Assembly (NCBI GenBank): GCA_963713045.1
Contig: CAVQKE010000003.1
Span: 544,001-608,000, forward strand
Reading direction: 5' to 3'
Length of the DNA: 64,000 nt
Source: an uncultured delta proteobacterium
Lineage (GTDB): Bacteria > Myxococcota > Myxococcia > Myxococcales > Myxococcaceae
The notes under the pieces were generated by a model. It worked only from the letters and a program-made list of their open reading frames with translations, had not been told where the DNA came from and ran no database searches. Within the stretch, counting starts at the first letter, position 1. The number at the start of each line of letters is the position of its first letter. Both the position numbers and the translations under genes were made by a program. This document shows positions 57,466 to 64,000 of the stretch, piece after piece.

Positions 57466-58863
57466 CTACAGTCCGCCCGCCGCCCGAGCACACCGGAGAA
57501 TGGCTTCCGCCGAGCGGTCAATGTCTTTCTCGGTGGTGTTCCATCCGCTGATGCTGACCCGCATCGCCGCGCGCCCGCGCCACACCGTGCCGCCGAGCCA
57601 ACAGGTGCCGTCCGCCTGCACCCGGGCCACCACGTCCCGTGTCAGCTGGTCAGCGTCCGCCCCGCTGGCCGACTCGAAGTGCACCAGCACCTGGTTGAGG
57701 GTCACCTCGTTGAGAACCCGGACGCGTGGGGCGGCGGACAGCTGTTCCGCCATGCGGCGGGCCAGCGCGCAGCAGCGTTCCACCAGGTCGGCAACCCCGC
57801 GGCGGCCCAGCGTCCGCAGCGTGGCGTAGGTGGGAATGCCCCTGGCACGCCGCGAAAACTCTGGCCCGAAATTGACTCCATCCCGCTCCTGGCCGGACTT
57901 CACCAGGTAGGCGGCATCCGCGCCCATCGCCCTTTGGAGGATGGCCACGTCCCGGACAATGGCCACCCCGGCGTCGTAGGGGACGTTGAGCCATTTATGC
58001 ATGTCCACCGCCCAGGAATCTGCCTGCTCCATCCCTTCCACCAGGTGCTGGCGGCTCGGGGCGACACGAGCAAACAGGCCGAAGGCGCCGTCCACGTGAA
58101 GCCAGCCCTGGTGCGCGCGCACGGCGTCGGCGATGGGACGCAGCGGGTCGACGGCCCCGGTGTTGATGTTTCCGGCCTGGGCGCACACCAGCGCCGGCCG
58201 ACCGAGGTCGGCCAGCGTGCGTTCCAGCGCTTCCGGACGCATCCGGCCCTGCCCGTCCACGGCCACCCGGACTGCTGTGCTGGAGCCAAGGCCGAGGAAG
58301 CGGAGGGCCCGAAGCACGGTGACGTGAACTTCCTCGCCCACCACCAGGGGCAATGGCGGGGCGCCGAGAAGTCCCTTGGCCTCAACGTCCCACCCGGCGC
58401 GGCTGAAGAGAGCATGGCGGCCCGAGGCCAGTCCAACAAAATTGGCCAGCTGCGTCCCGGTGACGAAGCCGACGCCTGAGTCCTTGGGTAACCCGAAGAG
58501 TTCGCACAGCCAGCGGCCGGCTGTCTCCTCCAGCACTGCAGCCAGGGGCGAGGCGACGTAGAGGCCGGCGTTCTGGTCCCAGTTGGAGGCAAGCCAGTCC
58601 GCAGCCACCGCCACCGGCTGGCTTCCACCGATGACGAAGCCGAAGAAGCGAGGACCGGCCGTCGCCATGAGGCCGGCGTCGCCCTCGACGGCCAGCGCGC
58701 GCAGCACGCTGTGGGCGTCCTCCCCTCGCTCCGAGAGCGGTCCGCCGAAGGTGCGGCGTAACTCGGCGGCGGTGGCCGACGGGGCCACCGGGCGCGTGGA
58801 GAGCGAGGCTTGAAAGCGATGGGCGTACTCCCCGGCCTCAGAGAGCAGGGCGTTGTCGGACAT
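57466..58863 (-). CDS. Group II PLP-dependent decarboxylase
   Basis: GPRFFGFVIGG, GFVTGT..ANF.GL, QAGNINTGAVD, WLHVDGAFG, DSWAVDMHKWLNVPYDAG. Confidence 0.92.
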   Translation of the reverse strand: MSDNALLSEAGEYAHRFQASLSTRPVAPSATAAELRRTFGGPLSERGEDAHSVLRALAVEGDAGLMATAGPRFFGFVIGGSQPVAVAADWLASNWDQNAGLYVASPLAAVLEETAGRWLCELFGLPKDSGVGFVTGTQLANFVGLASGRHALFSRAGWDVEAKGLLGAPPLPLVVGEEVHVTVLRALRFLGLGSSTAVRVAVDGQGRMRPEALERTLADLGRPALVCAQAGNINTGAVDPLRPIADAVRAHQGWLHVDGAFGLFARVAPSRQHLVEGMEQADSWAVDMHKWLNVPYDAGVAIVRDVAILQRAMGADAAYLVKSGQERDGVNFGPEFSRRARGIPTYATLRTLGRRGVADLVERCCALARRMAEQLSAAPRVRVLNEVTLNQVLVHFESASGADADQLTRDVVARVQADGTCWLGGTVWRGRAAMRVSISGWNTTEKDIDRSAEAILRCARAAGGL

Positions 58864-59135
58864 GGGGCAGGAGGTTCCTCCAGCCCGGGCAGCACAGTCG
58901 AGGGGAGGCCGCCGCCCGGCCGAGTGCGCTTGGGCCGGACAGAATGCTCCACCGCTGCGTCAGGCAGGGCCACGGTGCTGGAGACGCGCGGTATGTGGCG
59001 CACACACTGCGCGTGCTTTTCGCTTTCCCGTGGCCAACGAGGCAAGCCAGCTAAGCGCCGGAGCAGCCCAAGCCAGGTTGGCAAACTCACCGGCCTTTTG
59101 GGCGAGTGCCGTGCTAGGGAGGCAGCAACCAGGGC

Positions 59136-60350
59136 ATGGGGACTTCCACGCGCGGCTTTCTCGACCCGGCGCAGCTCGCCCAAAAACAGCTCAACCGAGA
59201 CCTCCGCAGGGTGGGGCCCCGCTGGCTTTTCGCGCACAAGTGCGACCGAATGGCAGCCTCGCCCTTCGACTTTCTCCGCGGCTCGGCGCCCCTGTTTTAT
59301 GCCGCACTGCGCAGAGTCCCGAAGCTGACCGCTGGGCCAGAGGGAAACGGCTGGCTGACGGGCGACTTGCACCTGGAAAACTTCGGTGTGTACCGGCCGC
59401 AGTCCCTGGTGGATGAAAGTAAAGCGGATGCCGTCGTCTTTGATGTCAACGACTTCGACGACGCGTTTGTCGGGCCCCAACGCCTTGACGTGCTGCGGCT
59501 GCTGACCAGCACCATTCTCGCCGCCAGGACGTGGGGACTGCCCGCCTTGGGCATCCGCGGCGCGGCGGAAGCCCTTCTGGACGGTGTGCTTGCGGGCCGA
59601 GCGGGCGGGACCGCCGGGCGACCCCCAGAGCCGGTCCGGGCACTGCTGGAGCGAGCCGCGGCACGCACGCGCAAGCAGCTGTTGGATTCACGCACCGAAG
59701 TCACCCCCAAGGGCCGCCGCTTCATCCGAGGTCACCGGTACCGCCCGCTGAGCGCTTCTTTCCGAAGCCAGGCGATGACGGCGTTCGCGAAGTACGTGCA
59801 CGGCCTACCCAAGGGCGTGCGGGGCAAGCGGCCCGAGGCCTGGGAGGTGTTGGACGTCGCCTTTCGCATCGCCGGGACGGGGAGCCTGGGCGTCCTGCGC
59901 GTCGCCGTGCTGGTGGCGGGCAAGGGAGGCCCGGACGGGGCGTGGATTTTCGACATGAAGGAAGAGGACGAGCCGTCGGGCCGCGCCTTCGCCACTGGCA
60001 ACGCTGGTCCAGGGGCACGCCGCGTCCTCAAAGCCATCCGCAAGTGCCTGGCCAACCCGCCCCGCATGGCCGGCACCACCAAGGCGGCCGGCAAGTCGCT
60101 TCTGGTGCGGCGCCTCATGCCTCAAGAGGACAGGCTGGCGCTGGCCAAGCTCGCCACGGCCGAACAGGAACCGGTGCTGCGCTACCTGGGGGTGCTGGCC
60201 GGCGCGCTGCACCGCCGCGGCGCCAAGAAGGCCCCCCGCTGGTCGCGAGACGACGCGGAGGTGCTGCTCGACAACGCGGTGACAGTGGCCGGCGTGTACG
60301 AGGCGGCGGCGCTCCACTATGCCGCCCTCGCCCGAGCAGCCAACGGCTGA
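59136..60350 (+). CDS. DUF2252 family protein
   Basis: RMAASPFDFLRGSA, GDLHLENFG, FDVNDFDDA, DVAFRIAGTGSLG..R. Confidence 0.88.
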   Translation: MGTSTRGFLDPAQLAQKQLNRDLRRVGPRWLFAHKCDRMAASPFDFLRGSAPLFYAALRRVPKLTAGPEGNGWLTGDLHLENFGVYRPQSLVDESKADAVVFDVNDFDDAFVGPQRLDVLRLLTSTILAARTWGLPALGIRGAAEALLDGVLAGRAGGTAGRPPEPVRALLERAAARTRKQLLDSRTEVTPKGRRFIRGHRYRPLSASFRSQAMTAFAKYVHGLPKGVRGKRPEAWEVLDVAFRIAGTGSLGVLRVAVLVAGKGGPDGAWIFDMKEEDEPSGRAFATGNAGPGARRVLKAIRKCLANPPRMAGTTKAAGKSLLVRRLMPQEDRLALAKLATAEQEPVLRYLGVLAGALHRRGAKKAPRWSRDDAEVLLDNAVTVAGVYEAAALHYAALARAANG

Positions 60351-60441
60351 AAACTGGAGCTGTCAGCGTCCGCCGGTAAGCTTGCCGCTACAGGATTGTA
60401 CGCCGACGTCTCAACAGGCTTCCCCCCGGGTGGACCCCCGC

Positions 60442-60765
60442 ATGGATAGAGAACCCCTCCTCGACATCTTCGACGAGTTGAATCGCTTCCGCGAAGTGTT
60501 CGAGCGCGCTCAACGGCTGGTGGCGCCGGTCGTCTCGGAGCATGCGCAGCGTCTCGACGCCATGGCCAAAGGCCTGCGCAAGTTTTACGGGCCCTCGGTC
60601 GACCCCTTCATCCGTCAAGTGGACGACGTGCTGCTCACCGCGCGCCGCCTTACCGAGCCGATGAAGGAGATTCCGTTGGAAAAGCTTGGCGAGCGACGCT
60701 CCACGGACCGCCGACGGACCGAGCCCGCTGCCCCGCTTCCGGGACTCATCCCCCGCTCGCGCTGA
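60442..60765 (+). CDS. Hypothetical helical protein
   Basis: 107 aa, amphipathic composition, fills the gap between DUF2252 and msrB. Confidence 0.6.
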   Translation: MDREPLLDIFDELNRFREVFERAQRLVAPVVSEHAQRLDAMAKGLRKFYGPSVDPFIRQVDDVLLTARRLTEPMKEIPLEKLGERRSTDRRRTEPAAPLPGLIPRSR

Positions 60766-60775
60766 AGCGGCGCGC

Positions 60776-61189
60776 TTAGCGCTTCGGTTCAAAGGCGAGC
60801 GCGACGCCATTCATGCAGTAGCGCTTTCCCGTCGGTGCCGGGCCGTCGTCGAAGACGTGGCCGAGGTGGCCCCCGCAGCGTCGGCAGTGCACCTCGGTGC
60901 GGTTCATCAAGAAGCCGCGGTCTTCCTGGGTGCCCACGGCACCGTCCAGGGGGGCAAAATAGCTGGGCCAGCCGGTTCCGCTGTCGAATTTCGCCTCCGA
61001 GGAAAACAGCGGAAGCGCACAGGCGGCACAAAGGAAAGTGCCCGGATGCTTCTCTTGGTCCAAGGGGCTGGTCCCAGCGCGCTCGGTGCCGTGCTCGCGC
61101 AACACGCGGTAGGCGGCCGGCGACAGCTGCTTCCGCCAATCGGCCTCAGTTTTCACCACTTCAAAGGTTTCCGGGATGGGCTTGGCCAC
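60776..61189 (-). CDS. msrB: Peptide-methionine (R)-S-oxide reductase
   Basis: GTER, CAAC, KFDSGTGWPSY, RTEV.CRRCGGHLGHVFDDGP, RYCMNG. Confidence 0.96.
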   Translation of the reverse strand: MAKPIPETFEVVKTEADWRKQLSPAAYRVLREHGTERAGTSPLDQEKHPGTFLCAACALPLFSSEAKFDSGTGWPSYFAPLDGAVGTQEDRGFLMNRTEVHCRRCGGHLGHVFDDGPAPTGKRYCMNGVALAFEPKR

Positions 61190-61627
61190 GCTTGCTCACT
61201 CCTGCGCAAGAGGCGCGCCACTGCCGCGAGGCCCAAGTCCACAGCACCGGAGCAGCACACGCCGAAGGGTTGGTTGCCGCTTCCATAACGCCGCCCGCGG
61301 TACCCGTCACCTTGCGCCGCCCCTTCCCTCAAGGCCTGTCGGCCGGATGGCGCAGGACTGTCCGAAGGACACCGTCAGGCCTGCGCTGCGGCACTCGGAG
61401 GCCAAGGGTGGGCTGCCAAGGGTGGTGCCTCCCGGATTGTCACCTCGGGGGACCCCCCGTTCCCCAGAGGCCCCCGGGGCTGGGGTGGCGGATGACCAAA
61501 CGCGCATCGGGCTGTTGCGCGTTTTTTTCAGACACTTCGTTGCGAACGCATCGACTTGGCCGACGGGGCACGTTAGGCATTCGCGCTTGGCCCGGTTGTC
61601 GCGGCCACCCGGGGAGGTCGCCTCGCG

Positions 61628-64000
61628 ATGTGGATTGTCCGGCTGGCGCTTCGGCGGCCCTACACCGTTGCCGTCCTCGTGGCCCTCATCTTCATCTTCG
61701 GGGTCATGTCCGCGGTGCGGATGAACAAGGACATCTTCCCCGCCATCGACATCCCCGTCGTCATCGTGGTGTGGAGCTATCCGGGTCTGTCCGCCGAGGA
61801 CATGGAGCGCCGCATCGTCACCATCAGCGAGCGGGCTTACTCCACCACCATCGATGGGATTCAGCACATTGACTCGCAGTCCATCGCAGGGGTGGGGCTA
61901 CTGAAGGTGTATTTCCAGCCTCGCTCGGACCTGGGCACAGCCATCTCGCAAATCGCCTCGGTCTCCCAGACGGCGAGCCGTATCATGCCCCCTGGGATTC
62001 AGCCGCCGACCGTGCTCCGCTACAACGCCGGCAACGTCCCGGTGGCCCAGCTCACCACCAGCAGCCCGACCCTCTCCGAGCAGCAACTCTTCGACTACAG
62101 CCTCAACTTTCTCCGGGTCCGCCTGTTCACCATTCCGGGAACGTCCATTCCTGGGCCGTACGGCGGCAAGCAGCGGCAAATCATGGTGGACGTCAACCCA
62201 GCAGCGACTTCGGCCAAGGGACTCTCGCCCCAGGACGTGGTCAACGCGCTGCTCACCTCCAACGTCATCGTCCCGGCGGGCACCGCTCAAATCGGCACCA
62301 CCGAGTACAACGTCAAACTCAACTCCAGCCCGGAGACGGTCGAGCAATTCAACGAGATGCCGGTGAAGGTGGTCAACGGAGCCACCGTCCGGCTGGGGGA
62401 CGTGGCCCATGTCCGGGACGGGTACGCCGTCCAGGCCAACCAAGTCCACATCGGCGGTCATCGCGCCAGCTACCTTGCCATCCTGAAACACAGCGACGCC
62501 TCCACGCTGGCAGTGGTGGACGGGGTCCGCGACCTCTTGCCATCCATCCAAGCCGCGGCGCCCCAGGGCATGGAGCTGAAAATCGACTTCGACCAGTCCA
62601 TCTTCGTGCGCGCGGCACTGAACAACGTCGTTCACGAAGCGGTCATCAGCTCCATCCTGGTCTCGCTGATGATTCTCTTCTTCCTCGGCAGCTGGCGGAG
62701 CGTCCTCATCGTCTCCAGCAGCATTCCGGCGGCCCTCCTGGTGGGGGTGAGCGGCCTCTTTTTGACCGACCAGACCTTCAACATCATGACCCTGGGAGGC
62801 CTAGCGCTGGCCATTGGCATGCTGGTCGACGACGCCACGGTGGAGGTGGAGAACATCCATCGCAATCGGCACACCTTGCCTAAGCTGATGGTGGCCATCC
62901 TCAACAGCGCCCACCAGGTGGCGACGCCGGCCATCGCTGCCACACTGACCATCTGCATCGTCTTCTTCCCGGTGGTGCTGCTGACCGGCCCGGCCCGCTT
63001 TCTCTTCACCCCCTTGGCGGTTGCGGTCGTCATTTCGATGTTGGCGTCCTACCTGTTGAGCCGAACGCTGGTGCCAGTGCTGGCCCGCCAGCTGATGGAG
63101 AAAGAGGCCATCGACCTGGGCGAGGGCCCCGGCCGGTGGGCACGCTTCAACCGCTGGCGAGACCGGGGCTTCGACCGCTTCCGGAATGGCTACGCGAGCG
63201 CTCTGTCCGTGGTGCTGCACAACCGCCTTTGGGTTTTGGGGACGGCCGGGGTGGCATTGGCCGTCTCGCTGGTACTTCCCTTCGTGGTCGGACTGGACTT
63301 CTTCCCAACGGTCGACGCTGGGCTGATGAAACTGCACTTCCGAGCTCCCATCGGGACCCGACTCACCGAGACCGAGCGGCTGGTGCTCGCGGCAGAAAAC
63401 AAGATTCGACGCATCATTCCGGCCAACGAATTGGGCGCGCTCAACGACAACATCGGAATCCCTCTCTTCTACAACCTGGCTTTCGTCGCCACCGACAACA
63501 TCGGGCCGCAGGACGCCGAAATTCTCATCTCGCTCAAGCCAGGGCATCGACCCACCGCGGGGTACATGCAGCGCATTCGGGAAGAGCTGCCCGCCGACTT
63601 TCCGGGGAGCACGCTCTACTTCCAACCGGCCGACATCGTCAGCCAGGTGCTCAACTTTGGCCTCACCGCCCCCATCGACGTGCAGATTGAGTCCACTGAC
63701 TTGGACAAAGGCTATGCCGTGGGGCGCCAGCTGGCGGCGAGCATGCGTCACATTCCAGGGCTGGTCGACGTGCGCATCGCGCAGGTCCTCGACTATCCGA
63801 CGCTGAAGCTGGACGTCGACCGCGACCAAGCGGCGCGGGTGGGACTCACCCAAAGTGCCGTGGCCAACGACCTGCTCACCACCCTCGCCAGTAGCACGCT
63901 GGTCAGCCCCTCCTTCTGGCTCAACCCGAAAAACAACGTCAATTACCTGGTGGTGGTGCAGACGCCGCTCGACCGGATGGAGAGCACCGGCGACCTTCTG
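61628..64000 (+). CDS. RND efflux permease, partial (runs off the right edge)
   Basis: Not in the ORF track (no stop). GGAGG RBS; MWIVRLALRRPYTVAV, DIFPAIDIPVV, NIMTLGGLALAIGMLVDDATVEVENIHR. Confidence 0.92.
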   Translation, partial: MWIVRLALRRPYTVAVLVALIFIFGVMSAVRMNKDIFPAIDIPVVIVVWSYPGLSAEDMERRIVTISERAYSTTIDGIQHIDSQSIAGVGLLKVYFQPRSDLGTAISQIASVSQTASRIMPPGIQPPTVLRYNAGNVPVAQLTTSSPTLSEQQLFDYSLNFLRVRLFTIPGTSIPGPYGGKQRQIMVDVNPAATSAKGLSPQDVVNALLTSNVIVPAGTAQIGTTEYNVKLNSSPETVEQFNEMPVKVVNGATVRLGDVAHVRDGYAVQANQVHIGGHRASYLAILKHSDASTLAVVDGVRDLLPSIQAAAPQGMELKIDFDQSIFVRAALNNVVHEAVISSILVSLMILFFLGSWRSVLIVSSSIPAALLVGVSGLFLTDQTFNIMTLGGLALAIGMLVDDATVEVENIHRNRHTLPKLMVAILNSAHQVATPAIAATLTICIVFFPVVLLTGPARFLFTPLAVAVVISMLASYLLSRTLVPVLARQLMEKEAIDLGEGPGRWARFNRWRDRGFDRFRNGYASALSVVLHNRLWVLGTAGVALAVSLVLPFVVGLDFFPTVDAGLMKLHFRAPIGTRLTETERLVLAAENKIRRIIPANELGALNDNIGIPLFYNLAFVATDNIGPQDAEILISLKPGHRPTAGYMQRIREELPADFPGSTLYFQPADIVSQVLNFGLTAPIDVQIESTDLDKGYAVGRQLAASMRHIPGLVDVRIAQVLDYPTLKLDVDRDQAARVGLTQSAVANDLLTTLASSTLVSPSFWLNPKNNVNYLVVVQTPLDRMESTGDLL

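Overview
High-GC bacterial chromosome segment; the gene content suggests Myxococcota (inference). It holds about 50 CDS, mostly housekeeping, envelope and proteostasis genes: serB, MoxR/VWA, cobB, transglycosylase, lemA-TPM, spmAB fusion, double-length uvrA, ArfB-like factor, SPFH pair, two RND systems, HtrA and msrB. Two foreign, decaying islets stand out because they contain GATC, which the backbone almost never uses (by eye, 1 site in about 57 kb of backbone versus 20 in about 7 kb of islets). (1) The islet at about 38.6-45.1 kb lies 3' of a tRNA-Arg(CCG) relic whose D-arm is deleted. It carries a duplicated tRNA 3' half, two IS fragments, excisionase-like HTH relics, fragments of clpA, dsbA and a Ser/Thr kinase, three intact-looking enzyme genes, and prlF-yhaV with a frameshifted toxin. 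(2) The islet at about 56.5-57.35 kb carries a Doc toxin with an internal amber stop next to a truncated GNAT gene. The best candidate for an undescribed system is a coiled-coil/J-domain/Zn-ribbon protein ending in an apparently ubiquitin-like domain, next to twin Cys-rich secreted proteins and an SPFH pair. A 4-PDZ HtrA coupled to an apparently inactive trypsin-fold protein and a secreted collagen/tail-collar protein are also notable. No rRNA, intact tRNA or CRISPR array was seen. All family calls come from motif recognition by eye, not from database searches.
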